A stretch of DNA of 64,000 nt from an uncultured Alcaligenaceae bacterium (GCA_964609555.1 CAZSTF010000001.1:6119-70118); one strand, 5' to 3'; counted from the stretch's first letter, positions 25,323-35,890 are shown. The notes: generated by a model from the letters alone, not told the origin. Made by a program: numbers and translations.

Positions 25323-26378
25323 ATGCATCTCCGGTCTCTTTCCCGTCTCAGCCACGCCTTCGCAGCGCTCGGGTTGGCCGCGCTCGCCTCGGTGCTGCCG
25401 TCTGTCGCGTCAGCCCAGGAGAAGGTGCTGAACCTCTACTCTGCACGGCATTACTCCACCGATGAGGCGCTCTACAGCAACTTCACCAAGGCCACCGGCA
25501 TCCGCATCAACCGCATCGAGGCAGGCGAGGATCAGCTGTTCCAGCGCATCAAGAGCGAAGGCGCCAATTCGCCCGCGGATGTGTTTCTCACGGTCGATGC
25601 CGGTCGGCTCTGGATCGCGGAGCAGGAGGGCCTGTTCGCTCCGATCAATTCCAACGTGCTCAATCAGCGCATCCCCGCGCAGTACCGGCTCGCCAATGGC
25701 ACCTGGTACGGGCTGTCTTCCCGCGCCCGGGTGATCGTCGTCGACAAGACGAAGGTCAAACCCGGCGAAATCACGACCTACGAGGACCTGGCCAACCCGA
25801 AATGGAAAGGCCAGATCTGCACCCGCAGTGGCTCCCATGTCTACATGCTCTCGCTCCTGTCGTCGATCATCGAACACCGCGGTGCGGCTGCGGCCGAGAC
25901 CTGGGCGCGCGGCGTCGTGGCGAATCTTGCCCGCGCGCCCAAGGGCGGGGACACCGATCAGGTTCGCGCCGTCGCAGCAGGCGAGTGCACGATCGCCTTG
26001 ACGAACACCTACTACCTGCCCCGCCTGCTCAAGAGCAATCGCGCCGAGGATCGTGCCGTGATGAACAACATCATGGTCGTCTGGCCGAACAGTGGCGACC
26101 GGGGCGTGCACATGAACGTCTCCGGCGGCGGCGTGCTCAGGAATGCACCCAATCGCGAGAACGCGATCCGCTTCCTCGAGTACCTCGTGAGCGACGAGGC
26201 ACAGCGCTACTTCGCCGACGGCAACAACGAGTGGCCCATCGTGCCCTCGGTCAGGGTGAGCAACAAGGAGCTCGAGAGCCTGGGCACGGGCTGGAAGGCC
26301 GACACCGTCAACATGGTCGCCCTCGGAAAACACCAGCGCCTCGCGCAGGAGATCGTGAACCGGGTGGGCTGGAAGTGA
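25323..26378 (+). CDS. Fe(III) ABC transporter substrate-binding protein (FutA/FbpA type)
   Basis: Signal peptide, LYSARHY, SPADVF.TVDAGRL, GGDTDQ, NTYY and F...N.E.P. Confidence 0.9.
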   Translation: MHLRSLSRLSHAFAALGLAALASVLPSVASAQEKVLNLYSARHYSTDEALYSNFTKATGIRINRIEAGEDQLFQRIKSEGANSPADVFLTVDAGRLWIAEQEGLFAPINSNVLNQRIPAQYRLANGTWYGLSSRARVIVVDKTKVKPGEITTYEDLANPKWKGQICTRSGSHVYMLSLLSSIIEHRGAAAAETWARGVVANLARAPKGGDTDQVRAVAAGECTIALTNTYYLPRLLKSNRAEDRAVMNNIMVVWPNSGDRGVHMNVSGGGVLRNAPNRENAIRFLEYLVSDEAQRYFADGNNEWPIVPSVRVSNKELESLGTGWKADTVNMVALGKHQRLAQEIVNRVGWK

Positions 26379-26428
26379 CCGGCCGCCCTTGATGGCGGCT
26401 CGCTCCAAACGCGTTGCACGTCGAAGGT

Positions 26429-29038
26429 TCAGCTCCGGGCCAGCGCCCGTGCCTGATCGATCAACTCGGCCAGACGCGCGTGAGCTTCACGCGGCGCGAG
26501 TCCATCGATGTCGATCGACGCCAGTTCGTCCGCCAATCGACCCAGGGGCGTCTCGGCCGGAGACGCAGCGGACGATCCGGCGGCTGTCTCGGAGGCCACC
26601 GAGAACAGATCGCCCTGCGGATCCTCGCGCTTCAAGCTTCGCTCCAGCCGTTCGAGTTCCCGACGCGCATCGCGGATGACGTCTGCGGGCAATCCCGCCA
26701 GCTTCGCCACGTCCACGCCGTAGCTCCGGTTGGCCGATCCGGGCTTCACCTCGTGCAGGAAGATCACACGATCGCCCTGCTCGATCACCGCGACGTGCTG
26801 ATTCACGCAGTGCGGATACTGGCTTGCGAGCTGCGTGAGCTCGAAGTAGTGCGTCGCAAAGATGGTCAGCGGCGGCTCGCGGGTGAGGAGCCGCCGCGCA
26901 ATTGCGGTGGCCAGCGCGAGCCCATCGAAGGTCGAGGTGCCGCGCCCGATCTCGTCGATCAGCACGAGGGCGTGTCGTGTGGCTCGCGCAAGGATGGCGG
27001 CGGCCTCGGTCATCTCGACCATGAACGTCGAGCGGCCCGAGGCGAGATCGTCGCTTGCACCGATGCGCGTGAGAATCCGCTCGAACGACCCGAGCCGCAT
27101 CCGCCGCGCAGGCACGAACGCGCCCATGTGCGCGAGGATGACGCCGAGCGCGGCCTGACGCATCCAGGTGCTCTTGCCGCCCATGTTCGGGCCAGTCAGC
27201 AGCACGAAGCTCTGCCGCGGGTCGAGCCGAAGGTCGTTGGCGATGAAGTCATCGACCAGGGTTTCGATGACCGGGTGGCGCCCCGCCTCGATCTCGAGAC
27301 AGGGGGTGGCCACGAACGCGGGGCGCACCCAGCCGCGCGTGCGCGCAACCTCGGCAAAGCAGGCCAGCACGTCGAGTTCGGCGAGTGCGCGACCGGCGGC
27401 ACGCAGCACCGGCACGGCTGGCGCGAGCAGCCCAAGGAGCTCGTCCCAGAGGGCGCGCTCGAGGGCCAGCGCGCGGTCGTTCGCCGCCAGCGCACGGTCT
27501 TCGAACGCTTTCAGCTCCGGTGTGATGAAGCGCTCCGCGTTCTTGAGCGTCTGTCGGCGCTTGTAGTCTGCGGGCACCTGCGCGAGGTTGCTTTGCGTCA
27601 CCTCGATGTAGAAGCCATGGACCCGGTTGTATTCCACGCGCAGGTTGGCAATGCCGGTGCGTTCCCGTTCGCGCGCTTCGAGTTCGGCGAGAAAGCGCCC
27701 GCTGTCGGTGGCCAGCGTCCTGAGCTCGTCGAGTTCGGCGTGATAACCCGTGGCGAGCACCCCGCCGTCGCGCAGCGCGGTGGCCGGCTCCGCCGCCAGT
27801 GCGCGCGTGAGCAGGTCGAGCCAGTGCGCATCGACGTCGATCGCACCCGCGATCGCCGAGAGTGCCGCGCACGGAACCGGCGCGAGCACGGTGCGCAGCC
27901 CAGGCAGCGCGCCGAGCGTGCGCCGGAGCGCGGCGAGTTCCCGCGGTCGAACGCTTTGCATGACGATCCGGCCGGCGATGCGTTCGAGGTCGGCCAGTTC
28001 GCGCAACTGCTCGCGGATCTGCGCGAGCATTCGTCCGGCGTCGGCCTCGATCAGCTGATCGACGGCGTCATGCCGTTCGCTCGCCACGCGCTGATCGCGG
28101 GGCGGCTCGATCATGAGCCGCCTGAGGGCGCGCGAACCCGCCGGCGTCACGCACTGATCGAGCACAGAGAAGAGCGTCGGCGCGTCGGTGCCCGAGAGCG
28201 TGGCGACGAGCTCGAGATTGCGCACAGTGGCGGCATCCATTTCGAGCGCTTCGCTCGCGCGTTCGACGTGCACGCTCGAGAGCATCGCGCCCTGACCCGC
28301 ATTCACCAGGCGCACGAAGGCGAGTGCGGCCGCTCCCGCGGCCATCGCGAGCGGTGTGGCAGAGAGGTCGAGATGTGCCAGGGTCGCGGTGCCGAGCGCC
28401 TGGGTCAGTTCGGCCTCGGCCCGGCGCTCGGTGAATTCGTACTCCGGTCGCATGCGCACCGGCGGCATCGCGGCGCCGCCGAACAGCGCCTCGAGATCGG
28501 AACGAGCGTTCTCCGCGACGAGCAGTTCGGCGCAATCCTTGCGGGCGAGCCAGGAGACGAGTTCACCCCGAGGCAGATCACGCAGACTGAGTCGGCCCGC
28601 GGCCGTGTCGAGCAGCGCAACGCCTGCGCCCTCCCGAGTTAGATGCACTGCGGCCAGCAGGGCATCGCGCCGGGCCTCGACGAGTGCCGCATCGGTCACG
28701 GTGCCCGGGGTGACGATGCGGGCAAGCTTGCGCTCCATCGGCCCCTTGCCGGCACCCGGGGTGCCCGCCTGCTCGACGATGGCGACCGTCTCGCCCATGC
28801 GCACGAGCCGAGCGAGGTAGGTGTCGACCGAATGCACCGGCACGCCGGCCATCGGGATGGGCTGACCGGCGGATTCGCCGCGCTGGGTGAGCGTGATGTC
28901 GAGCAGCCGCGCGATGCGTCTCGCATCGTCGTAGAAGAGCTCGTAGAAATCGCCCATCCGGTAGAAGACGAGCTTGTCCGGGTGCTCCGCCTTGAGCGCC
29001 AGGTACTGCTGCATCATGGGCGTGTGGGCCGTCGCCAC
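26429..29038 (-). CDS. mutS: DNA mismatch repair protein MutS
   Basis: [38 protein letters not shown] and SYG. Confidence 0.97.
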   Translation of the reverse strand: MATAHTPMMQQYLALKAEHPDKLVFYRMGDFYELFYDDARRIARLLDITLTQRGESAGQPIPMAGVPVHSVDTYLARLVRMGETVAIVEQAGTPGAGKGPMERKLARIVTPGTVTDAALVEARRDALLAAVHLTREGAGVALLDTAAGRLSLRDLPRGELVSWLARKDCAELLVAENARSDLEALFGGAAMPPVRMRPEYEFTERRAEAELTQALGTATLAHLDLSATPLAMAAGAAALAFVRLVNAGQGAMLSSVHVERASEALEMDAATVRNLELVATLSGTDAPTLFSVLDQCVTPAGSRALRRLMIEPPRDQRVASERHDAVDQLIEADAGRMLAQIREQLRELADLERIAGRIVMQSVRPRELAALRRTLGALPGLRTVLAPVPCAALSAIAGAIDVDAHWLDLLTRALAAEPATALRDGGVLATGYHAELDELRTLATDSGRFLAELEARERERTGIANLRVEYNRVHGFYIEVTQSNLAQVPADYKRRQTLKNAERFITPELKAFEDRALAANDRALALERALWDELLGLLAPAVPVLRAAGRALAELDVLACFAEVARTRGWVRPAFVATPCLEIEAGRHPVIETLVDDFIANDLRLDPRQSFVLLTGPNMGGKSTWMRQAALGVILAHMGAFVPARRMRLGSFERILTRIGASDDLASGRSTFMVEMTEAAAILARATRHALVLIDEIGRGTSTFDGLALATAIARRLLTREPPLTIFATHYFELTQLASQYPHCVNQHVAVIEQGDRVIFLHEVKPGSANRSYGVDVAKLAGLPADVIRDARRELERLERSLKREDPQGDLFSVASETAAGSSAASPAETPLGRLADELASIDIDGLAPREAHARLAELIDQARALARS

Positions 29039-29044
29039 GCGCGT

Positions 29045-29836
29045 TCAACCCTTGAGTTGCAGGGTCTTCAGAAGCTCAGGAAAGATCTTCGGTGTTCCGG
29101 CCACGATGGCGCCGGACTGCATCCAGGTGTCCTCACCGTCGATGCCGGTGACGAGCCCCCCGGCCTCGAGGACGAGCAGCGCGCCGGCCGCCATGTCCCA
29201 GCGGTTCAGCTTCATCTCCCAGAAGCCGTCGTAGTAGCCTGCGGCGACCCAGGCGAGGTCGAGTGCCGCGGCTCCGGCACGGCGGATTCCGGCCGTCTTG
29301 GGCATGATCGCGCGCAGCTGCGAGAGCGCCAGTTCGAAATCGCTGTCTTCGCGGAACGGCAGGCCGGTGCCGATCAATGCATCGCGCAGCCGATCGCGTT
29401 TGGACACGCGGATGCGGCGATTGTTGAGAAAGGCCCCCGCACCGCGCGTGGCGGTGAAGAGATCATTCTTCGCGCAGTCGTAGACCACGCCCTGCGTCAC
29501 CGCGCCGTCCACCGCAAGGGCGATCGATACCGCGTACTGCGGCACGCCGTGGAGGAAGTTGGTCGTTCCGTCGAGCGGATCGATGATCCACTGGTGCGAG
29601 CTGCCGGCGTTGCCCCGTGTCGCGCCGGAGCCTTCCTCGGCCACGATGCCGTGATTCGGATACGCCGTGAGCAGCGTGTCGACGATGGCGGCTTCCGCGT
29701 TCCGGTCGATGTCGCTGACAAAATCCGCGGGCCCTTTCGCTTCGATGCGGATCCGATCCAGATTGCGGGCACCGTACTGGATGATGTCGCCAGCGGCGCG
29801 CGCGGCCTTGATGGCCGTGTTGAGCATCGGATGCAT
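29045..29836 (-). CDS. suhB: Inositol monophosphatase SuhB
   Basis: MHPMLNTAIKAARAAG, WIIDPLDGTTNF, RRAGAAALDL and WDMAAG. Confidence 0.95.
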   Translation of the reverse strand: MHPMLNTAIKAARAAGDIIQYGARNLDRIRIEAKGPADFVSDIDRNAEAAIVDTLLTAYPNHGIVAEEGSGATRGNAGSSHQWIIDPLDGTTNFLHGVPQYAVSIALAVDGAVTQGVVYDCAKNDLFTATRGAGAFLNNRRIRVSKRDRLRDALIGTGLPFREDSDFELALSQLRAIMPKTAGIRRAGAAALDLAWVAAGYYDGFWEMKLNRWDMAAGALLVLEAGGLVTGIDGEDTWMQSGAIVAGTPKIFPELLKTLQLKG

Positions 29837-29899
29837 GGAAGCGGCTTGATTGACAAAGAGCAGCCTGAATTTTATCGGCGTAATCGCGTCGGCCCCGCC

Positions 29900-30658
29900 A
29901 TGAGCACAGCCCCCCTCGACAACATCGTGATCGTGCTCTCGCGCACGTCCCACCCCGGCAACATCGGCGCAGCGGCGCGGGCGATGAAGACCATGGGTCT
30001 CGCCACGCTCAGGCTCGTGCGACCCGAGGTGTTCCCAAGTCCGATTGCAGAAGCACGTGCCTCCGGTGCGACCGACGTGCTCGACGGGGCCCGGATCTAC
30101 GACACGCTGGCTGATGCCGTGGCCGATTGCGTGCTCGTCGTGGGCAGTTCGGCGCGACGCCGCGACTTCGTCGCAAGCGTGTCCGACGCCCGCACGGCGG
30201 CCCGGCAGTGTGTTTCCGAAGCCGCGTCCGGTCGCGTGGCGCTCGTCTTTGGCTGCGAGATGAGCGGGCTCGACAACGAGGAAATCCTTCACTGTCATCG
30301 ACTGGCCTTCATCCCGGCCAACCCGGCTTATGCCTCGCTCAATCTGGGTGCTGCAGTGCAGGTGTTTGCCTACGAAATCCGCATGGCGGCGGAGATGGGC
30401 GGCGGCTATGACAACGCGCCCAAGGCGGCCGCGACGCAGGAGGAGATCGAGCGGATGTACGCGCATCTCGAGCGCGCGCTCACGGTCTCCGGCTTCTTCG
30501 ACCCCGACCATCCCAAGCGGCTCTGGCAGCGCGTGAGACGGCTCTTCGCCCGCACGCGTCTGGAGCGCGAGGAGGTGGACATCTTCCGGGGCATCGCGCG
30601 CAACATCGAGGAGCTGGCCGAGATTGCCCGCCGGGCGGGCAACGCGAATCAGGGCTGA
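29900..30658 (+). CDS. trmJ: tRNA (cytidine/uridine-32-2'-O)-methyltransferase
   Basis: SHPGNIGAAARAMKTMGL, VFG.E.SGL.NEE and Y.SLNL..AVQ. Divergent from suhB, as is usual. Confidence 0.9.
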   Translation: MSTAPLDNIVIVLSRTSHPGNIGAAARAMKTMGLATLRLVRPEVFPSPIAEARASGATDVLDGARIYDTLADAVADCVLVVGSSARRRDFVASVSDARTAARQCVSEAASGRVALVFGCEMSGLDNEEILHCHRLAFIPANPAYASLNLGAAVQVFAYEIRMAAEMGGGYDNAPKAAATQEEIERMYAHLERALTVSGFFDPDHPKRLWQRVRRLFARTRLEREEVDIFRGIARNIEELAEIARRAGNANQG

Positions 30659-31446
30659 GCAGCCTCGTTTTCTGAACGCTGCACGACCACGAGCGCAGCG
30701 AGGCTGCCGTCACAGCACGCGACATTGGCGATCTCGGCCTCCCGTCCGTCCGCGAGCGTGATCGTGGCACCCGGGACGATGCCGGGCGCGTCCGCTGCCA
30801 ACCGCTGCTGCTCCAGGCCCTTCTTCACAGCCCCGCGGTAATGGGCGCGGGCGACCACTTCCTGCCCGGGATAGCACCCTTTCGAAAAGCTCACGCCGCC
30901 ACCCGGAGCAACATGATCCCAGCCGATCATCTGCGGAACGAAGCGCTCGGTCGTCTCGGCGGTCACCTCCGGCTGCCGGCCAGCGATCATGCGGCAGGCA
31001 AGTGCGTTCAGGTCATCCGCGCTTGCGATGGGGAGGAGTCCGTCCCGCGGCACGATGGCCAGATGCACATCCGGCTGAATGGCCCAGGTGAGCGACCCCG
31101 ACGGAAGGGCAGGGGCGTCTTCGCCAAGATGGAAGGCGGCAGCGAGCGTTGTGGATTCGGCGATCGCGAGCTTCGCGCGGAGGCGGAACATCGTGAGGCG
31201 CTTGACCAGCACGGGAGCGAGCGAGGCATGGACGAAGGCGAGGTAGCGTGCCTCTGCCGCCCGCACGAGCGCCAGGGTCGCGATTAAGCGCCCTTTGGCG
31301 GTGCAATAGCCCTGCCACTGCCAGCGGCCGATCGCGAGCGATGCAACATCGTTCGTGAGCTGCGACTGAAGGAAGGCTCCGGCGTCCGGGCCATCGAACT
31401 CGATGATCGCGTGCGCCGGTGAGACGAAAAGGCCCTGACTGCTCAT
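30649..31446 (-). CDS. ygfZ: Folate-binding protein YgfZ
   Basis: GPDA..FLQ.QLTND and the signature SFSKGCYPGQEVVAR. Confidence 0.9.
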   Translation of the reverse strand: MSSQGLFVSPAHAIIEFDGPDAGAFLQSQLTNDVASLAIGRWQWQGYCTAKGRLIATLALVRAAEARYLAFVHASLAPVLVKRLTMFRLRAKLAIAESTTLAAAFHLGEDAPALPSGSLTWAIQPDVHLAIVPRDGLLPIASADDLNALACRMIAGRQPEVTAETTERFVPQMIGWDHVAPGGGVSFSKGCYPGQEVVARAHYRGAVKKGLEQQRLAADAPGIVPGATITLADGREAEIANVACCDGSLAALVVVQRSENEAAQP

Positions 31447-31488
31447 GGCGAGATTATCGCCATGGCGCTCGAATCAAAGCGAAGCGAA

Positions 31489-33132
31489 TCAGTCGGCGCT
31501 GCCCGGGCCGTTTTGTCTTGCCCAGGCTTCACGCAGATGGGCACGCCGGGCGGCCCGGTTCTGCGCGGTGCGCTCGCCCGTGGGCTCGGCCTTGAGTGAG
31601 ACAGGGGCTTGAGCGTGCCGGGGCGTGCGACGCGAGACGGTCCCCGGTTCGCTCTGGGGACCGGGACGGGCAACGTGCTCCTGCCGATCATTCTGAGCGC
31701 GGGGCTGAGCGCGATCAAAGCGACGATGTTGCTCATGACCGCGGGGTGCAGGTCGCCACAGGTCGCGCGCAGGCGCATCGCGGTCGCGACCGCCTCGAGT
31801 GTCAAGACCTCGCCCCGTCGGATGCGGCCGGCGATTCGGCGCGCGCGGTGCCTCCGGTTGAAGGCTCGGTTCGAGCCCGGGCACCACGGTCGGCGCAAGG
31901 CGTCGGTTGATCAGCCGTTCGATGTCGCGAACGCGGAAGCCGTCGCGGCGATTGCGACTGCCGACCAGCGTCACCGCCGTGCCGTTGCGGCCCGCACGGC
32001 CCGTACGGCCAATGCGGTGGATGTAGTCCTCGGGCTTTAGCGGCAAGCCGTAGTTGACCACGAGCGAGATCCCGGCCACGTCGATGCCACGCGCGGCCAC
32101 ATCGGTGGCCACGAGGATCTGCGTCTTGCCTTCGCGCAGCGCCGCAATGCGCCGCGTCCGGACCGTCTGCGGCATGGCGCCGTGCAGCGCGCTCGCGTTG
32201 TAGCCCGCGTCCCGGAGTTGCTCGGCCATGTCGTCGCATTCGACCTGCGTCGAGGCGAAGACGATGGCCTGCGTCAGCTCGGGCGAGCGCAGGTAGTGTT
32301 CAAGCAGCGCGTTCTTGTGTTCGACGCTGTCGGCCCAGTGCAGATGCTGTTCGATATGGTCGTGCTTGAGGCTGGTCGTGGCCAGCTCGATGCGCTGCGG
32401 CTCACGCATGACGGCCTCGGCAAGCGCCATGATCCGTGGCGCAAAGGTCGCCGAGAACATCAAGGTGGCTTGCCGCGCGGCGGTTGCCTCATGAATGGCC
32501 GTCAGATCCTCGCTGAAGCCGAGATCGAGCATGCGATCGGCTTCGTCGACGATCAGCGTCGTCACGCGCGAGAGGTCGATCTGACGGTTGCGGGCGAGGT
32601 CGAGCAGCCGACCGGGTGTCGCCACCACGAGCGCGGCATTGCGAAGATCCATGAGCTGCTTGCCGAATGCCGTGCCGCCGGTCACGGTGGCAACCCGCAC
32701 GCCGCGGCTGAACCGAAGCAGACGAATGGCCTCGGCCGCCACCTGCTGTGCGAGCTCGCGCGTCGGGCAAAGCACGAGCGCACGCGGCGCGGTCACCGAC
32801 CGGCGAAGCCTTGCCGCATCCGTCGCCGACGGGGTGTGCGCACCGATGAGATTGTGAAGCGTGGGCAGAAGAAACGCGCAGGTCTTGCCGCTGCCCGTCT
32901 GGGAGGACACCATCCAGTCACCGCCCTCGAGGGCGGCCGGAATGGTCTGCGCCTGGACGGGGGTCGGCGCATGAAAGCCGAGCGCATCGAGTGCGCGCAG
33001 GAGCGCGGGGGCCAGCGGCCAGCGGGCGAAGCCGGACGGCGGAGACGAACAGGCGTCTGCGGCCGACTCGGGGGACGGTGCGTAGGGGGTGGCGTGTGTA
33101 TCGTGTTCGAACATGGGTGCATGAGCCGTCAC
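31489..33132 (-). CDS. DEAD-box ATP-dependent RNA helicase
   Basis: Q motif, SQTGSGKT, PTRELA, TPGRL, DEAD, SAT, ARGID, HRIGRTGRAG and a basic C-terminal tail. Confidence 0.93.
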   Translation of the reverse strand: MTAHAPMFEHDTHATPYAPSPESAADACSSPPSGFARWPLAPALLRALDALGFHAPTPVQAQTIPAALEGGDWMVSSQTGSGKTCAFLLPTLHNLIGAHTPSATDAARLRRSVTAPRALVLCPTRELAQQVAAEAIRLLRFSRGVRVATVTGGTAFGKQLMDLRNAALVVATPGRLLDLARNRQIDLSRVTTLIVDEADRMLDLGFSEDLTAIHEATAARQATLMFSATFAPRIMALAEAVMREPQRIELATTSLKHDHIEQHLHWADSVEHKNALLEHYLRSPELTQAIVFASTQVECDDMAEQLRDAGYNASALHGAMPQTVRTRRIAALREGKTQILVATDVAARGIDVAGISLVVNYGLPLKPEDYIHRIGRTGRAGRNGTAVTLVGSRNRRDGFRVRDIERLINRRLAPTVVPGLEPSLQPEAPRAPNRRPHPTGRGLDTRGGRDRDAPARDLWRPAPRGHEQHRRFDRAQPRAQNDRQEHVARPGPQSEPGTVSRRTPRHAQAPVSLKAEPTGERTAQNRAARRAHLREAWARQNGPGSAD

Positions 33133-33377
33133 ACCACGGGGGCGTGAGGCGGGTCCTTCGGAAGCTCAGGTTGTGGGTCGGAGAGAAACGCGCCGACCCA
33201 TCAGCTCTTGCGCCGCAGCCCGTGATGAGCCGCGCGAAGAATCAGGACTGCCTGCGGATCGACCGGGGATCGGCCGATGGCGGCAGGTCACTTGGACGAT
33301 GCACCAATCTACGAAACGGTATCAACACTCCTGAGACACGACGCTGACGACGTCGTCTGAAAAGTGCCAATGTGGCG

Positions 33378-33406
33378 ATTATCTGCGCTTTTGTGCGGCG
33401 CAGCAA
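33378..33406 (-). promoter_or_regulatory. Sigma70 promoter of the DEAD-box helicase gene
   Basis: TTGCTG-17 nt-GATAAT on the minus strand, implying a leader of about 240 nt. Confidence 0.55.
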
Positions 33407-33495
33407 GGCTCGACCGCCCGCGTACGTGCGATTGGAGCGAACGCTCGCGTGCGCCTCAGGCCGACACGCTGGTCGCGGGACGTTGCTTCACCCCG

Positions 33496-33526
33496 AAAAA
33501 ACGAAAGCCGGCTTGCGCCGGCCTTC
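33496..33526 (-). terminator. Intrinsic terminator after tRNA-Pro
   Basis: Minus strand GAAGGCCGGC-GCAA-GCCGGCTTTC followed by GTTTTTT. Confidence 0.8.
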
Positions 33527-33534
33527 ATGGAATC

Positions 33535-33611
33535 TGGTCGGGGTGAGAGGATTCGAACCTCCGGCCTCTACGTCCCGAACGTAGCGCTCTACCAGGCTAA
33601 GCTACACCCCG
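33535..33611 (-). tRNA. tRNA-Pro(CGG)
   Basis: CGGGGTGTAGCTTAGCCTGGTAGAGCG-CTACGTT-CGG-GACGTAG...GGTTCGAATCCTCTCACCCCGACCA, 77 nt. Confidence 0.97.
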
Positions 33612-33641
33612 AATTCGCGACCGACCCTTTTTGGAAGCCAC

Positions 33642-34694
33642 TTAGTGGTGACGACGAATCGCGTAAGTTGACAATTCTAGCATCCAGGTGCGGGCCGTCG
33701 AGGGCGGCAGGGTGCTCGCCAGCCGATGGGCGTGCTGCGCCTCGGCGGCCGCGTGCTCCAAGCTCGCGTCGAGCGCACCGCAGGCTTCGAGCCGGGCCAG
33801 TACATCCGGCAGGGCGCTTGCATCGTGGAGGGCATGCTGCTCGCGATTGCGGCTCAGGATGCCGCGCAGGTGGGCCTGCGTCTGCCCGTCGGCGCGATCG
33901 AGTGCAATGATGATGGGCAAGGTGAGCTTGCCTTCGGCGAGGTCGTCGCCGAGCCGCTTGCCCAAGGCATGGGCGTCACCCCGATAGTCGAGAACGTCGT
34001 CCGCGATCTGAAAGGCGGCGCCGAGATGACGCGCATAGTCGGCGACGGTGCGCAGCTCGTTTTCTCCCGCGTCGGCGGCAATTGCCCCGAGCGCACCCGC
34101 TGCCTCGAAGAGTTTCGCGGTCTTCGCATCGATGACACGCATGTACTCGGCAACGCTCAGATCGAGTCGGCCGATCGCCATGAGCTGCATGACCTCGCCT
34201 TCGGCGATGCGGTTTGTCGCCTCGGAGAGGATCTCGAGCACGCGGGGGCGGCCCGTGGCCACCATCAACTGAAAGGCCCGGCTGTAGAGGAAGTCGCCGA
34301 CCAGGACGCTCGCAGCATTGCCGAACGCGGCGTTGGCGGTGGCACGTCCGCGGCGCAGGTCGGACTCGTCGACCACGTCGTCATGCAGCAGGGTGGCCGT
34401 GTGGATCAGTTCGATCACTGCCGCCAGGCTGATCGTGAGATCGCTCTCGGGTTCGCCCCCAAGGGCCTCGCAGGCAAGAAGCGTCAGGATGGGCCGAAGC
34501 CGCTTGCCGCCGGCACTGACGATGTAGCTTGCGATCGTGTTGACCAAGGCAACATCCGAGGCAAGCGCCTCGGTAAGGCGCGTGTCGAGACTGGCCAGCG
34601 GTTGGCGCAGGTGGGTGCCGATCGCGGTCGGGGTGTCGACGCGCGGCGTGTCCGAGGGCGCCGGAGTGTCCGGGTGAGCGGCAGTGGCGAGCAT
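33642..34694 (-). CDS. ispB: Octaprenyl-diphosphate synthase
   Basis: GGKRLRP, LHDDVVD.S.LRRG, KTA, FQIADD.LD and DDLAEGK. Divergent from rplU. Confidence 0.92.
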   Translation of the reverse strand: MLATAAHPDTPAPSDTPRVDTPTAIGTHLRQPLASLDTRLTEALASDVALVNTIASYIVSAGGKRLRPILTLLACEALGGEPESDLTISLAAVIELIHTATLLHDDVVDESDLRRGRATANAAFGNAASVLVGDFLYSRAFQLMVATGRPRVLEILSEATNRIAEGEVMQLMAIGRLDLSVAEYMRVIDAKTAKLFEAAGALGAIAADAGENELRTVADYARHLGAAFQIADDVLDYRGDAHALGKRLGDDLAEGKLTLPIIIALDRADGQTQAHLRGILSRNREQHALHDASALPDVLARLEACGALDASLEHAAAEAQHAHRLASTLPPSTARTWMLELSTYAIRRHH

Positions 34695-34783
34695 CCGGGG
34701 ATTGTAGGTAGCGCGGATGGGAGGGGCCTGACGGGTGGCGTGTGCTGGCGATCGTCCGGAGACGAGAGCCACGTGGCGGGGGT

Positions 34784-34811
34784 TTGCCCGGCAGGGCGAG
34801 ACTGCTACAAT
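34784..34811 (+). promoter_or_regulatory. Sigma70 promoter of rplU-rpmA
   Basis: TTGCCC-16 nt-TACAAT. Confidence 0.55.
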
Positions 34812-34951
34812 ACTGGGCTTCGCTTTGTGTGCCCGCGCGCGACCCGTGGCGTCAAGCTGCGCCGTCAAGCGTTCCTTGCTTCCGTTCTTGCCGGACGGAT
34901 GCGGCGGCAGTCGGCCAAAGCGAATTCTTCAACACACAGGTAAGCAACCCC

Positions 34952-35608
34952 ATGTATGCGGTCATAAAAACCGGCGGCAAGCAGTATCGCGTTGTCGCTG
35001 GCCAGAAACTCAAGGTAGAACAGATACCGGCAGACATTGGCGCGACCATCACCTTCAACGAAGTCCTGGCCGTCGGGTCGGGTGCGGACTTGGTGGTTGG
35101 CAGCCCGCTCGTTGCGGGCGCCAAAGTCGATGCCTCTGTCCTCGCGCAGGGCAAGGGCGACAAGGTTCGCATCTTCAAGCTGCGCCGTCGCAAGCACTAT
35201 CAGAAGCACGGCGGTCACCGTCAGCTCTTCACCGAGATCATGGTCTCGGGCATCTTCGGTGCAGATGGCAAGGCGCTCGCAACGGCAGACGCACCGCTTG
35301 CCGCTGCCGCCCCCGCCAAGGGCCGCGGCACGCGCGGCAAGAAGCGTGACGGCTCGGACAACCTCGAGATGATCGAAGGCATCGGGCCCAAGATTGCGGC
35401 CATGCTCAAGGCCGAGGGCATCGACACCTTCGCCGCGCTGGCTGCCACGCCGGTCGACAAGCTGCAGGGCATCCTCGACGCCGGTGGCAGCAAGTTCAAC
35501 CTCGCCAACCCGTCCACGTGGGCCGAGCAGGCGGCCGTGGCGGCGAAGGGCGACTGGGCGGCGTTTGACAAACTCACGGCCGAACTCGTCGGCGGCGTCC
35601 GCAAGTAA
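34952..35608 (+). CDS. rplU: 50S ribosomal protein L21 with C-terminal helix-hairpin-helix extension
   Basis: [12 protein letters not shown]...[12 protein letters not shown], followed by about 115 extra residues including [14 protein letters not shown]. Confidence 0.95.
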   Translation: MYAVIKTGGKQYRVVAGQKLKVEQIPADIGATITFNEVLAVGSGADLVVGSPLVAGAKVDASVLAQGKGDKVRIFKLRRRKHYQKHGGHRQLFTEIMVSGIFGADGKALATADAPLAAAAPAKGRGTRGKKRDGSDNLEMIEGIGPKIAAMLKAEGIDTFAALAATPVDKLQGILDAGGSKFNLANPSTWAEQAAVAAKGDWAAFDKLTAELVGGVRK

Positions 35609-35623
35609 GGGAGTCAACAGACC

Positions 35624-35890
35624 ATGGCACAGAAAAAAGGCGGCGGCTCCACACGCAACGGCCGCGATTCCGAAGCGAAACGCCTGGGCGTCAAGTCCTA
35701 CGGCGGTCAGCTCATCAACGCGGGCACGATCATCATCCGTCAGCGCGGTACGAAGATCCACCCGGGCACGAACGTCGGCATGGGCAAGGATCACACGCTG
35801 TTCGCGTTGGTGACCGGCACGGTGCAGTTCGTGACCAAGGGCGAGAAAAACCGCCGCTACGCGACGATCGTTCCTGCGGCTGCGCAGTAA
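35624..35890 (+). CDS. rpmA: 50S ribosomal protein L27
   Basis: [27 protein letters not shown] and G.DHTLFA. Confidence 0.97.
   Translation: MAQKKGGGSTRNGRDSEAKRLGVKSYGGQLINAGTIIIRQRGTKIHPGTNVGMGKDHTLFALVTGTVQFVTKGEKNRRYATIVPAAAQ

Noticed and set aside
26414-30658. Long antisense or extended ORFs (742 aa, 671 aa, 488 aa) around mutS, suhB and trmJ, and similar ones opposite other genes
   Set aside because: Shadow ORFs expected in high-GC DNA, with no recognisable motifs outside the real genes.
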